Below, in pieces: positions 40,277-49,706 of a DNA stretch of 64,000 nt. A model generated the notes under the pieces. The model had not been told where the DNA came from. It saw nothing but the letters and a program-made list of their open reading frames with translations, and did not search any database. This DNA comes from an uncultured Ruficoccus sp. GTDB lineage: Bacteria; Verrucomicrobiota; Verrucomicrobiia; Opitutales; Cerasicoccaceae. Each line of letters begins with the position of its first letter. The first letter of the stretch is position 1. The position numbers and the translations under genes are program-made. The stretch covers positions 50,373-114,372 of the forward strand of contig OZ223489.1 in NCBI GenBank assembly GCA_965140785.1, written 5' to 3'.

Positions 40277-41185
40277 ATGAAGCGACATATAACCGCAGTC
40301 CTGAAAGTCCTGTTCACATGTGTACTGGCCGCGCTGGCCGTGGTGGTGCTGTGGCGACTGTACGACTACTATACCTACGCGCCGCAGACGCGGGACGGAA
40401 AAATCCGTGCCGACATCGTACCCCTGGCCGCCGATGTCTCCGGGCGGGTCGAGGCCGTCTATGTGCGCGACAACCAGACGGTGCGCAAGGGTGACCTGCT
40501 TTTCTCCCTTGACAAGGAGCGGCTGAAAAACGCCCTCGCGCAGAGCGAGGCGGTGCTGGCCCACGCCAAGTCCGCGCTGGGGGCTGCTGAGCGCGAGTCC
40601 GACCGCTACAACAAGATCGAGGAGGGCGTCGTCTCCAAGCAGGAGCAGGACGACCGCACCTCAGCCGCCGAGCAGGCCCGCGCCAACTACGAGCAGGCCG
40701 TGGCCGACCGCGACTTAGCCAAGCTCAACCTTGAGCGTTCCGACGTGTACTCGCCCGTCAACGGCATCGTGACAAACTTCTCGCTGCGCCCCGGTGTGTA
40801 CGCCACCACAGGTCAGCCGGTAATGACGCTGGTGGACACGGACAGCTTTTACATCGTGGGCTACTTCGAGGAGACCAAGCTCAAGCACATCCGCATGAAC
40901 ATGCCGGCCTCGATCCGGGTCATGGGTGAGAGCCAGGACATCCGCGGGCACGTGGTCGGCCTGGCCGCGGGTATCGCCGACAGCGAATACCAGACCGAGA
41001 GCCACACGCTCCTGCCGGACGTGAACCCGACCTTCAGCTGGGTGCGACTGGCGCAGCGCATTCCCACGCGTATCGCTATCGACAAGGTGCCCGAAGGACT
41101 GACCCTGGTTGCAGGCCGGACCGTCAGCGTCACGCTCCAGGACGATACCGCGATCGAGGGGCCGCGGATCGCCACGGTAAACTAG
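40277..41185 (+). CDS. HlyD/AaeA-family membrane fusion protein
   Basis: TRDGKIRAD, DVSG, SPVNG, YFEETKL, PTFSWVRLAQRIP. Confidence 0.92.
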   Translation: MKRHITAVLKVLFTCVLAALAVVVLWRLYDYYTYAPQTRDGKIRADIVPLAADVSGRVEAVYVRDNQTVRKGDLLFSLDKERLKNALAQSEAVLAHAKSALGAAERESDRYNKIEEGVVSKQEQDDRTSAAEQARANYEQAVADRDLAKLNLERSDVYSPVNGIVTNFSLRPGVYATTGQPVMTLVDTDSFYIVGYFEETKLKHIRMNMPASIRVMGESQDIRGHVVGLAAGIADSEYQTESHTLLPDVNPTFSWVRLAQRIPTRIAIDKVPEGLTLVAGRTVSVTLQDDTAIEGPRIATVN

Positions 41186-41237
41186 CCAGCAATAATTCCA
41201 TCACGCACCCACCGTCAGCCGGATGTGGTTGAGGGCG

Positions 41238-41595
41238 TTGCTCGTGGAGACGGCTTTGCCGTCCAGCTTGATCCGATTGCCGATGAGATGGATGTGCTCG
41301 TAATCCGTGTCGTAGTGATTAACCGCTACAAACTGCTCAAAGCCATAGTCGTCGGCTATCTGCTGAGCGAAGGTAGCCCTTTGAGCGATTCGCCCGTTTT
41401 TAAAGAGAATGCCAGATGGGCGACGGGCTTCTTGCAGCGGGAGTTCAGACCGGCAAGCTGGCCAAACTCGACAATGATGCCCTCGGGGTCCGTAGCGGAA
41501 AGGTTGCCGCCGACAATCTCCGGGCCTTTGGTCGGTTTCATGGCATAGCCCACGACTCGACCGAAGGATTCCCGATAGTTGATCCGGGCAATCAT
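41238..41595 (-). pseudogene. MobA/VirD2-type relaxase, frameshifted and truncated
   Basis: MIARI..FGRVVGY..PVAHLAFSL..GE, then in another frame FVAVNHYDTDYEHIHLIGNRI (HUH), then ends. Confidence 0.85.
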
Positions 41596-41843
41596 AGCCG
41601 CCCTCCTTTCTCTTGCCCAAGCAGGCTGGCCCGGATTAATGCCAGTTGTTGCCGTAGCTCGGCTAGCGTTTCCAGCACGCGCCCTGAGTTCGGACTAGCC
41701 TCGCTGATATGACAGAGGTGAGTAAGCTGGTTGAGGTTAGCCGCCACCTTGGACAACGCCCGCCACTGGTCCCCATTGATTGTTGGGATGGCCGGGCTCA
41801 CCTGCACGTGGGACGCCAAGGCGGCGTCACGAAGGAAGGTGCT
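41592..41843 (-). pseudogene. MobC relaxosome accessory protein, N-terminally truncated
   Basis: FLRDAAL..IPTIN..LSKVAANLNQL; overlaps the relaxase start. Confidence 0.8.
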
Positions 41844-41907
41844 GTGAAGAGAACCGGATATACGAGTAGGCGTTTTTCATGTTTTCAGTCATCATGCTTG
41901 TAGGCAT
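41827..41907 (-). pseudogene. Serine recombinase N-terminal stub
   Basis: Hand translation MPTSMMTENMKNAYSYIRFSSQHLPS*; YxRxS catalytic motif; TATAAT just upstream. Confidence 0.6.
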
Positions 41908-42087
41908 ATTATAAGAATACGCTCGCAAAAGCTCGCTGCCCCGGATGCCGTTGGAGTTGAAACGCGAAAACCCATGAGCCGCGAATGGCACTGATGCAAA
42001 GCTAAGAAAAGCATCTGTGTCTGTCAGCGTAATCCTCGGTTAATTTCCCGGCCATCCACACAAAGGTGAAGAGACCTTTGCTTATCC

Positions 42088-42132
42088 AAAAAACACAAAG
42101 GCCCCCCGCAGCCGAAGCTACGGAGGGCCCTT
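42088..42132 (-). terminator. Intrinsic terminator of the large ncRNA
   Basis: 16-bp stem with C(UUCG)G loop and G-U pairs valid only on the minus strand, then GUGUUUUUU. Confidence 0.85.
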
Positions 42133-43135
42133 GAAAAGTGGGAGTGGGCGTTCGCCACGCGCTCTTCCCCGATTGACGACATTAGGCGCTCTTGGCCCCG
42201 GAGGGGGGGCAGGCTGTCGTCTCCCCGACGCTATTCCCGTTGGCATCGTACGGGTCGGCGGGCTCATAGCAGGCCCGTCAGAGAGGTTGCCCTCTCTGAG
42301 ATTCTCGGGTGAGGCCTTTCAGCGCGGTTCGGCATCGTCCCCGTCGGGACAAATCGCTCGCCGCACCAGGCCGAGGTGACGCTGTCACGCCGCCTTGGCC
42401 TTGTCTCCGGGAGGTCGGCCTCCGAGCGCGAAGGCTCGGAGCGTTGGCCCCTCGGTTACGGGTCTTGCCTCTTAGGTCCTGCCTTGCGGCCCGGCGGGTC
42501 CACAGCCTTGTACGGGGCCGCTTGCCGCCGCCGGTCCAACTCCTTTTCAGGGGAATTGGCCGGGGACATCCCTCAGGAAGCATTTCGCGCCAGACAGCGC
42601 CGTCGAAGCGGTTTTACGCTCCGCCGACGTTTTCCTGTGTGTCGGAACAATCGCGTGCGCCTTGCCCGGCGCCCGCTGTCCCGCGCCCCGTCAGCCGACC
42701 TTTTCGCGTTCCCGGAGAGGAACCTTTTGGCGACGTGCCGTCGCCGGTCGTTGGCACTGTGGGGGACTGGCTCACGGCAGCTTCTCTTCGACCCTCTTGG
42801 CAGGCGCAGGGGTCGCCGTGTATCAGCCAAAGACCCGGATACGGTCCGAGGCTTGACTCGAGTCGCGCGCCTTATCCGTTCGGCCGCTCCTCGCCTCCTT
42901 CCTTTCTTCGTGGTGGTAACCCGCAAGGTCACGACACCCGCGGGCGGAAGGGGTGACATATGCCTGAACAACCCATCGCAAGGATGTGCTGCCAGGGGCC
43001 GGAACCGCCAGTTCAGTTTCCGACCTTTGCCCGGTTACCCGGGATTATCCTAGGGATGATGGAGGTCTCCTTCTATCGTCAGGGACAAGCCCGGACGCGA
43101 ATCGGAGAACCTTTTTCCCGTTCTGTCAAAGAACG
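42090..43135 (-). ncRNA. Large (~1.05 kb) structured ncRNA candidate, possibly MISL-like
   Basis: Promoter, boxA-like motif and terminator bracket a hairpin-dense region with GNRA tetraloops on the minus strand and no credible ORF. Confidence 0.7.
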
Positions 43136-43140
43136 AGGAT

Positions 43141-43170
43141 AAGGTAAATGCAACAAACGCCTCCGGTCAA
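43141..43170 (-). promoter_or_regulatory. Sigma70-like promoter of the ncRNA
   Basis: TTGACC-N18-TACCTT with a T-rich tract upstream. Confidence 0.6.
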
Positions 43171-43416
43171 ACAAAAAAATTGCATAAATGCCTGAAAATC
43201 ACATACTTGTGAATAACTTTAACTCCAAGAAAAACGCTCCTGTTAACAAGTCTGTAACCGATTGAAGGGGATTTTATTACGAATGTTACGACGGTGAACA
43301 TCTTCAGAGGCTCTAAAATGGCCCCGGTGAATAAGTTCGTAAGTCGCGTTTGAGGTGTTTTTGGGGAGCGGTTTTTTGGACAAAGCGGAGCATTTTAACG
43401 AAATAGGCCCATGAGT

Positions 43417-43490
43417 TTAACCACGGATTACACGGATGGACACGGATAGGCTGGAAATAATCTGTGCCCATCCGTGAAATCTGTGGTTAA
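43417..43490. repeat. 9-nt-periodic inverted-repeat element
   Basis: TTAACCACGGATTACACGGATGGACACGGAT ... ATCTGTGCCCATCCGTGAAATCTGTGGTTAA. Confidence 0.8.
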
Positions 43491-43517
43491 AATAGGCGTC
43501 TAGGCGACGCAATGGCC

Positions 43518-44801
43518 TCAAATCGCGTCCTGCAGGCAGCTTCCGCCGGGCACGCCGTCGGCGTAGAGGCGGGCGCAGATTTCGCCCACCAAATAGATCG
43601 ACCCGGCCACCACGAGAGCCTCGTCCGGGCCGCCCGCCGCGCACTGGCCGGGTGCGGGGAACAGCTCCTCCACCGTGCTGGCGCGGACCGTCCCCTCAAA
43701 ATCCGCCGGGATAAACGTCCGCAACCGCTCCGGGGTGAGGGCGCGGGGCTGGTCCGGCTGGAGCAGGACGAGCCCGCCCGCGTGGCGGGCCATGACCGGG
43801 AGCAGCGCGGCGGCGCGCTCTTCGCCGAGAATGCCGGTCAGCAGAACCGGCTTGCGTCCGGTCCGGGCGACGAGCTGGGAAAGGTTGTTCTCCAAGGCGC
43901 GGGCGCCCTCGGGGTTGTGCGAGCTGTCGAGGATGAGCAAGCGACCGTCGCGCAGCTTGACCCGCTGCCAGCGCCCGGCCCAGTCCACCTCTGAGAGCGC
44001 GGCCTCGGACACGGCCTGAGTGACGGGGAAGCGCCCTTGCAGCACCCGCACCACGAGCGAGGCGACGGCGGCATTGCGGCGCTGGAAGTCGCCTTCGAGG
44101 TTCGTCTCGGGGAAGTTCGCCTCCTCCCCGAAAGTCTCGCGCACGCTGTGAACCACGCACCCGCGCTCAGTCGCCACCGCGCGGATGACCGCCTCGGCCT
44201 CCGGCGGCAGGCAGCCGATGACAACCGGGCGGCCCGGCTTGATGATGCCCGCCTTTTCCCCGGCGATAGCGGCCAGGGTTTTGCCCAGAATGTCGGTGTG
44301 GTCCAGCCCGATCGACGTGATGACGGAGACCTCGGGATCGACGACATTGGTGGCGTCCAGCCGTCCGCCCAATCCGGTCTCGAAAATGGCCACCTCCACC
44401 TGCTCGGCGGCGAAATGCAGCATCGCCATGCCCGCCATGAACTCGAAAAAGGTCGGGTGGTCCTGCGCATCGGCGGAGGCAAGTTTTTCGCCCACCGGGC
44501 GCATCTGCGCCACATAGGCCTCAATCTGCGCATCGGTAAGCGGCTGGCGATTGACCTGAACCCGCTCGCCCAGCCGGATCAGGTGCGGCGAGGTAAAGAG
44601 CCCGGGGCGGTAGCCGGCGCGGCGGTAAATGCCCTCCAGCATGGCGCAGACCGAGCCCTTACCGTTGGTCCCGGCGACGTGGATAACCGGGTAACGCCGC
44701 TCAGGATGCCCGAGGGCTTCGGCAAAGACCGCCATGCGCTCGAGGCCGTACTTGGAGCCGCGGTTGCGCAGGCCGTAAAGGTAGCGTTCCGTCTCGGTCA
44801 T
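43518..44801 (-). CDS. folC: Folylpolyglutamate/dihydrofolate synthase
   Basis: HVAGTNGKGS, FTSPHL, ETGLGGRLDATN, EKAGIIK. Confidence 0.95.
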   Translation of the reverse strand: MTETERYLYGLRNRGSKYGLERMAVFAEALGHPERRYPVIHVAGTNGKGSVCAMLEGIYRRAGYRPGLFTSPHLIRLGERVQVNRQPLTDAQIEAYVAQMRPVGEKLASADAQDHPTFFEFMAGMAMLHFAAEQVEVAIFETGLGGRLDATNVVDPEVSVITSIGLDHTDILGKTLAAIAGEKAGIIKPGRPVVIGCLPPEAEAVIRAVATERGCVVHSVRETFGEEANFPETNLEGDFQRRNAAVASLVVRVLQGRFPVTQAVSEAALSEVDWAGRWQRVKLRDGRLLILDSSHNPEGARALENNLSQLVARTGRKPVLLTGILGEERAAALLPVMARHAGGLVLLQPDQPRALTPERLRTFIPADFEGTVRASTVEELFPAPGQCAAGGPDEALVVAGSIYLVGEICARLYADGVPGGSCLQDAI

Positions 44802-44854
44802 GACAGTGGGCGACCGGCGGCAAGCCGGGCAGGACAGGTCGTTTATAAAACCCG

Positions 44855-45706
44855 TTACTCGGCCCCGTGGCCGCCGAAGGCGCGCAGCAAGGAGGCGATC
44901 CGGGACTTCATCTGGTGCCGGTGTACGATCTGGTCAATCAGCCCGTGCTCGATGAGAAATTCCGAGGTCTGGAAGCCCGGAGGCAGATCCTGCTGGGTGG
45001 TTTCCTTGATCACACGCGGCCCAGCGAAGCCGATCAGTGCGCACGGCTCAGCCATTATCACATCCCCGAGCGAAGCGAAACTGGCCATGACGCCCGCCAT
45101 GGTCGGATTCGTCAGAACGGCAATGTAGGGCAGTCCGGCGTCGGCGAGACGCTTGAGGGCGGCGCTGGTCTTGGCCATCTGCATCAGGCTGAGAATGCCC
45201 TCCTGCATGCGGGCGCCACCGGAGGCGCACACGATGATGACCGGACACTTGTTTTTCAGCCCCCGCTCGATGGCGCGGGTGATTTTTTCCCCGACCACGG
45301 AGCCCATGCTCGCCCCGATGAAGCTGAAGTCCATCACCGCGATACTGACGGGCAGGCCCTCCAGCTCGCCCATGCCGCAGACGACGGCGTCCTTTTCGCC
45401 GGTCTTCTGCTGGGCCTGGGTCAGGCGCTGCGGATAGGGCTTGCTGTCCTTGAACTCCAGCGGGTCGCCCGACACGAGATCCGCGTCGTACTCCTCGAAG
45501 GTGTCCTCGTCGATCAGCAGCTCGATCCGGCGGCGGGCCTTGAGCGGAAAATGGTAGCCGCTCTTGGGCACAACCATCCAGTTCTGCTCCAGTTCCTTGT
45601 TAAAAATAATTTCCCCGCTCTCGGGACATTTCGTCCAGAGACCAGTGGGGATGTCCTTCTTTTTGACGCGGACGGTAGAGTATTTCGGCTTACCGAAAAT
45701 CGACAT
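44855..45706 (-). CDS. accD: Acetyl-CoA carboxylase carboxyltransferase beta
   Basis: [35 protein letters not shown]. Confidence 0.96.
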   Translation of the reverse strand: MSIFGKPKYSTVRVKKKDIPTGLWTKCPESGEIIFNKELEQNWMVVPKSGYHFPLKARRRIELLIDEDTFEEYDADLVSGDPLEFKDSKPYPQRLTQAQQKTGEKDAVVCGMGELEGLPVSIAVMDFSFIGASMGSVVGEKITRAIERGLKNKCPVIIVCASGGARMQEGILSLMQMAKTSAALKRLADAGLPYIAVLTNPTMAGVMASFASLGDVIMAEPCALIGFAGPRVIKETTQQDLPPGFQTSEFLIEHGLIDQIVHRHQMKSRIASLLRAFGGHGAE

Positions 45707-45894
45707 AGCGCGAAATCATGAAGGAACGGGGCGGGAAAATAAAGAGGAAAAAATCCGGGGGATTTTTCCATGCGCAGAGACTTGTAAATTACTGGATTCG
45801 TAGGGATTAAGAAATACGAAGTATCCTCCCGGCTCCCCGCATACTCGAATTCACGAATCTTTATGGATCTAGAAATCTCAACAAATTTATAAAT

Positions 45895-46746
45895 TTACCC
45901 GTGCGCCAGCATGGCCACGTCCACGTGCTCAGCCCCGGCGCGGCGCAGGACGCGGGAGCAGGCGTTGAGCGTGGCCCCGGTGGTGAAGACGTCGTCCACC
46001 ACCACGTAACGACGCGCCAGATCAAGCGAAACGCCCGGCTTGAGGGCGAAGGCGCCGCGCATGTTAGCCTCGCGCTGCTTGCGATCGAGCCGGGTCTGCG
46101 AGGGCGTATCGCGGGTGCGTACGAGCAGGTCGGCAACTTCACACGGGGGCGGCGGGGAGATTTCAAGATCCGCCTGGAGCGACAGGCCGCCGCTGGCCGG
46201 GAGCGGGAAGTCGGCGGAGTCGGGCTGAGCGAGAGGTGTTTGGCCAGCTCCGACGACGCGAGCGAAGGTCTCGGCCAGCCAGCGGCTCTGATTGTAGCCA
46301 CGCTGGCGCTCCCGGCGAGGAAAGAGCGGCACCGGCACCAGCACCGCCCCGGCCAGGTGCTGCCGGAAGGCCCCCGACCCCGCCGCCAAGGTGGCGATGT
46401 CGGGCAGCAGGTAGCTCCCGCGATGGTACTTGAGCGCATGGACGAGCTCACGCCCGCCGTCGCGGGCCAGCATGAGCGGTCGCCCGTGCCCGAAGACCGG
46501 CTCCAGCTCCCGGCAATGCGGGCAGACGCGGCTGGCCAGCAGTTCGCCAAAGAACGGAAACCCGCAGACCGGGCAGCAGGGGTCACGGACGAAGAAAATC
46601 CGCTCCAGGCCCTTTTTCGAAAGATAACGGCAGGGCGAGTCATCCTCCACCGGCTCCCCCGTGGCCACGCAGTCCCGCGGAAAGACTAGATCCAGCCCCG
46701 CACCAACGAGCGCGCGCAATAGAGAGGGCTTGTGCGGGGGAATCAT
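45895..46746 (-). CDS. comF: ComF family (double zinc ribbon + PRTase)
   Basis: CPVCG, CPHC, RGYNQS, VVDDVFTTGAT. Confidence 0.88.
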   Translation of the reverse strand: MIPPHKPSLLRALVGAGLDLVFPRDCVATGEPVEDDSPCRYLSKKGLERIFFVRDPCCPVCGFPFFGELLASRVCPHCRELEPVFGHGRPLMLARDGGRELVHALKYHRGSYLLPDIATLAAGSGAFRQHLAGAVLVPVPLFPRRERQRGYNQSRWLAETFARVVGAGQTPLAQPDSADFPLPASGGLSLQADLEISPPPPCEVADLLVRTRDTPSQTRLDRKQREANMRGAFALKPGVSLDLARRYVVVDDVFTTGATLNACSRVLRRAGAEHVDVAMLAHG

Positions 46747-46792
46747 GAGCGGAGAAAGTATTTGGATTAACCGCAAATGGCGCAAAGGTCGC

Positions 46793-46957
46793 TAGGGCCT
46801 GTTAACGCAATGAAAAAAGAGGATAAAAGATGCATTTTTCCGACTGAAAAATGGGTTTCGAACCGAGGCAATTCAAGAATTGTCGAGGTGAGGAAACGGT
46901 TTTCAGACAAAAAAGGCACTTTTTGGCCGATTTGAGTCGTTGCGTTAGCAGGCCCTA
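46793..46957. mobile_element. MITE, IS5-like ends
   Basis: TAGGGCCTGTTAACGCAATGA / TCGTTGCGTTAGCAGGCCCTA inverted repeats (19/21) bounded by TA; no transposase. Confidence 0.75.
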
Positions 46958-47012
46958 AGAAAATAGCGAGATGCCGACGGCGTAATTCACCTCAAGACCA
47001 TGAGATATTCAC

Positions 47013-47121
47013 TTAACCGCGGATTTCACGGATAAGCAAACATCTGTGCCCATCCGTGAAATCCGTGGTTTGAGTACATCCTTCATAGAATCTTCGCGCT
47101 CTTCGCGTCCTCTGCGGTTAA
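47013..47121. repeat. 9-nt-periodic inverted-repeat elements
   Basis: 47013-47070 nearly identical to 43417-43490; a further right arm CTTCGCG..CTCTGCGGTTAA. Confidence 0.75.
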
Positions 47122-47152
47122 TAAAAAAAGATTCCCGCACGTCCCCAGCCGC

Positions 47153-47908
47153 TCAATAATACACCCGCTCCATCCACAGGCCCTTGGCCGGGGCGGTGAC
47201 GACCTGCTCGGTGCGGCGGCGGCTGGCGAGGATGGCGGCCAGCTCGGAGGGGGAGATTTTTCCCAGGCCGACCTCGACCAGCGTGCCGGTCATGCTGCGG
47301 GCCATTTTATACAGAAAGCCGCTCGCCTCCAGAGTGACGGTGACGCGGCTGCCCCGCCGGGAGATGTCCACCCGGCGCATGTCCTTCAGCGGGTTGTCCG
47401 CCGAGCCGTCGCCACGCCTGGCCCCGAAGGCGCTAAAATCGTGCTCGCCTATAAAGTGCCGGGCGGCCACGGCCATGGCGTCGAGGTCGAGCCGCCGGTT
47501 GCCCATGGACCAGTAGTAGCGGTTGTCCCATGGCGGAGCGTAGCCTTCGAAAAGCCGGTAGCTGTAGCGCTTCCCTTTGGCCGAAAAACGCGCGTGGAAG
47601 TCCGCCTTGGCACGGCTCAGGCGCTGAACCTGGATGCCCGCCGGCAAGCCGCAGCGCAAGGCCCGCAAGAGGTCGGCGGGCGGGTGCGCCCAGTCGGCCT
47701 CGAAGTGAAAAACCTGCCCCTTGGCGTGGACGCCGGAGTCGGTGCGCCCGCTGCCGTGGATGCGCGTGGGAGTCCTTAAAATCACCGCCAGCCGCGCCTC
47801 GATAAAGTCCTGCACGGTATTGCCGCCGGCCTGACTCTGCCAGCCGTAAAAATCCGTCCCGTCGTAGGCGCAAAGGGCTTTGAACTTGCGCCGGGCCGGG
47901 GCGGTCAT
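47153..47908 (-). CDS. truA: tRNA pseudouridine(38-40) synthase
   Basis: YDGTDFYGWQ, GSGRTDSGVHA, FHARFSA, TAPAKGL. Confidence 0.95.
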   Translation of the reverse strand: MTAPARRKFKALCAYDGTDFYGWQSQAGGNTVQDFIEARLAVILRTPTRIHGSGRTDSGVHAKGQVFHFEADWAHPPADLLRALRCGLPAGIQVQRLSRAKADFHARFSAKGKRYSYRLFEGYAPPWDNRYYWSMGNRRLDLDAMAVAARHFIGEHDFSAFGARRGDGSADNPLKDMRRVDISRRGSRVTVTLEASGFLYKMARSMTGTLVEVGLGKISPSELAAILASRRRTEQVVTAPAKGLWMERVYY

Positions 47909-48378
47909 TCCTCGTCCTCCTCCGGCAGGAAGGCTCCTCCCCCCACCACCCGACCGTCGAGAAAGTCCTGCAGGATGAGGGCGGCGGCGCGGGAGTCCAC
48001 CTCGCCGGTGGCGCGGGCGGCGCGCTGGGCCTGCGGGGTGCGGCGCTTGCGACCGGGCATCGCGGCCATGCCGCGCTCGACCTGCTGCGAGGTCAGGCGC
48101 TCGTCACTGCGGGTGACGGGCAGTCCGAACAGCTCCTCCAACTCCGCGATAAAGGCGTCCACCTCCTTGGCCTTGAAACCGACCGACCCGTCCATGTTGT
48201 ACGGGTAGCCGACGACGAGCGCGTCGATGCGGCGGCGCTTGATCTCCTCGCCGATGCGGGCCAGCCGGGCCTTTTTGGTGGGCTCGACCGCCGCCGGGAT
48301 GGGCACGGCCACGCCGATGTCGTCGCCGAAGCTCAGGCCGACACGCTTTTCGCCATAATCAATACCGAGGTAATTCAT
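47905..48378 (-). CDS. ruvX: YqgF/RuvX nuclease
   Basis: LGIDYGEKRVG, VVGYP, DERLTS, VDSRAAALILQ. Confidence 0.93.
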   Translation of the reverse strand: MNYLGIDYGEKRVGLSFGDDIGVAVPIPAAVEPTKKARLARIGEEIKRRRIDALVVGYPYNMDGSVGFKAKEVDAFIAELEELFGLPVTRSDERLTSQQVERGMAAMPGRKRRTPQAQRAARATGEVDSRAAALILQDFLDGRVVGGGAFLPEEDEE

Positions 48379-48537
48379 GGGAAACCGAATTCAATAAAGG
48401 ATTAACCACAGAGCACACAAAGGACACAGAGCGATAAACTCCGCTCTCCCGGCCGTGTCTTCAAATTACGGAGCGAGCACGCGCAGGCTGGTTTTGAGGG
48501 CATTATCCGGCTTAAGTCTATCCGAAGACGCCCGCCG

Positions 48538-49626
48538 TCAGGTCAGACGCTTGAGGGCCTCGTCGGCCCCGATGCGCTTGACCAGGGCCTTGATCTCCTG
48601 GGCGCGGGCCTTCGGGCAGACCAGGGTGGCGTCCTCGGTGTGGACCACGATGAGGTCGTCCGCGCCGACCACAGCGGTCAGGTGTCCCTTCGAGCTGACG
48701 ATGATGTTGTTCGAGCCGGCCTCGACCATGGCCTCGCCCTTGAGGATATTGCCGTTGGCGTCGGGCTCGTGGTGGCGGGCCACGGCGGGCCACTCGCCCA
48801 CGTCGTCCCAGTCGAAGGCCGAAGGGATCGTAACGACATTATCGGCCTTCTCCATCAGGGCAAAGTCCACGGAGATTTTTTCCATCTTCGGGTAAAAACG
48901 CCCCATGGCGTCTTCGAGGGATTCGCCGCCGTCGAGGGCCTCGTTCATGGCGGCGAAGTCCTTCGAGAGCCCCGGCACGTGCTTGTCAAAGGCAGCCTCC
49001 ACCGTGGAAACCGCCCAGATGAACATCCCGGCGTTCCAGAAATACTCGCCGCTGTCGAGGTAGCCCTTGGCGGTGTCCAGATCGGGTTTTTCGACGAAGC
49101 GCTGCACCCGATAGGCGGGCAGGCCGTCAAAATCGTTGAACTGCTCGCCTTTGTGGATGTAGCCGTAGCCGGTGGCCGGATAGGCCGGCTGGATGCCGAT
49201 TGTGACCAGGACGGGCTCGGCGGAGGCGGCATCGAAACCAGCCTGGAGCACCCGTTTAAAACCGTCCGCGTCGTGGATGACGTGGTCGGCGGGCAGAATG
49301 GCGAAGACCCCCTGCGGGTCGCGGCGCTTGACCAGCAGCGCGGCCAGGCCGACGGCCGGGGCGGTGTCGCGCCCGACGGGCTCGCCGATGACGTTCTCCG
49401 GGCTCAGGCCGGGACAGACCTCCAGCACGGCGTCGCGTTGTTCGCTGTTGGTGATGACAAAGATGTTCCTGGCGGGGACCAGCCCTTCCAGGCGGTCGAT
49501 GGTTTGTCCGAGCATGGAGGTTTCCCCGACGATGGGGAGCAGGTGCTTGGGCTTGCGCAGGCGGCTCTGCGGCCAGAAGCGTTCACCGCGCCCCCCGGCC
49601 ATAATGACAACGTATTTTTCCGGCAT
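48538..49626 (-). CDS. manC: Mannose-1-phosphate guanylyltransferase
   Basis: MAGGRGERFWPQSR, EPVGRDTA, TGYGYI, FVEKPD, WNAGMF. Confidence 0.93.
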   Translation of the reverse strand: MPEKYVVIMAGGRGERFWPQSRLRKPKHLLPIVGETSMLGQTIDRLEGLVPARNIFVITNSEQRDAVLEVCPGLSPENVIGEPVGRDTAPAVGLAALLVKRRDPQGVFAILPADHVIHDADGFKRVLQAGFDAASAEPVLVTIGIQPAYPATGYGYIHKGEQFNDFDGLPAYRVQRFVEKPDLDTAKGYLDSGEYFWNAGMFIWAVSTVEAAFDKHVPGLSKDFAAMNEALDGGESLEDAMGRFYPKMEKISVDFALMEKADNVVTIPSAFDWDDVGEWPAVARHHEPDANGNILKGEAMVEAGSNNIIVSSKGHLTAVVGADDLIVVHTEDATLVCPKARAQEIKALVKRIGADEALKRLT

Positions 49627-49706
49627 AGGCGGAACATGTTTGATTTTTAGCGCACCAGAGACAACAGTGAAAGTCCTTAACCGCCGAAATTAACTCCCCC
49701 CCGACC

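Larger units (their letters stand above)
37400..42080. mobile_element. Decayed integrative mobilizable element with efflux cargo (boundaries approximate)
   Basis: Serine recombinase stub, mobC and relaxase remnants next to a MarR-FUSC-DUF1656-HlyD cassette. Confidence 0.6.

Noticed and set aside
42090..43135. Group I/II intron, RNase P RNA, tmRNA or rRNA identity for the large RNA
   Set aside because: I found no domain V (AGC triad helix), P/Q/R/S elements, GAGGAAAGUCC or tRNA-like ends, and no interrupted host gene
42131..43142. Several 60-225 aa ORFs on both strands
   Set aside because: Arg/Pro-rich, overlapping, no motifs or host codon bias; expected by chance in a GC-rich structured RNA
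43414..43493. Integron attC sites (AAC...GTT ends of the 9-mer elements)
   Set aside because: No integrase or cassette array; periodic arms and placement among core genes do not fit attC
46140..46250. Low-complexity insertion in ComF as a possible intein or mobile insert
   Set aside because: About 35 aa, no intein motifs or terminal repeats; likely a loop expansion
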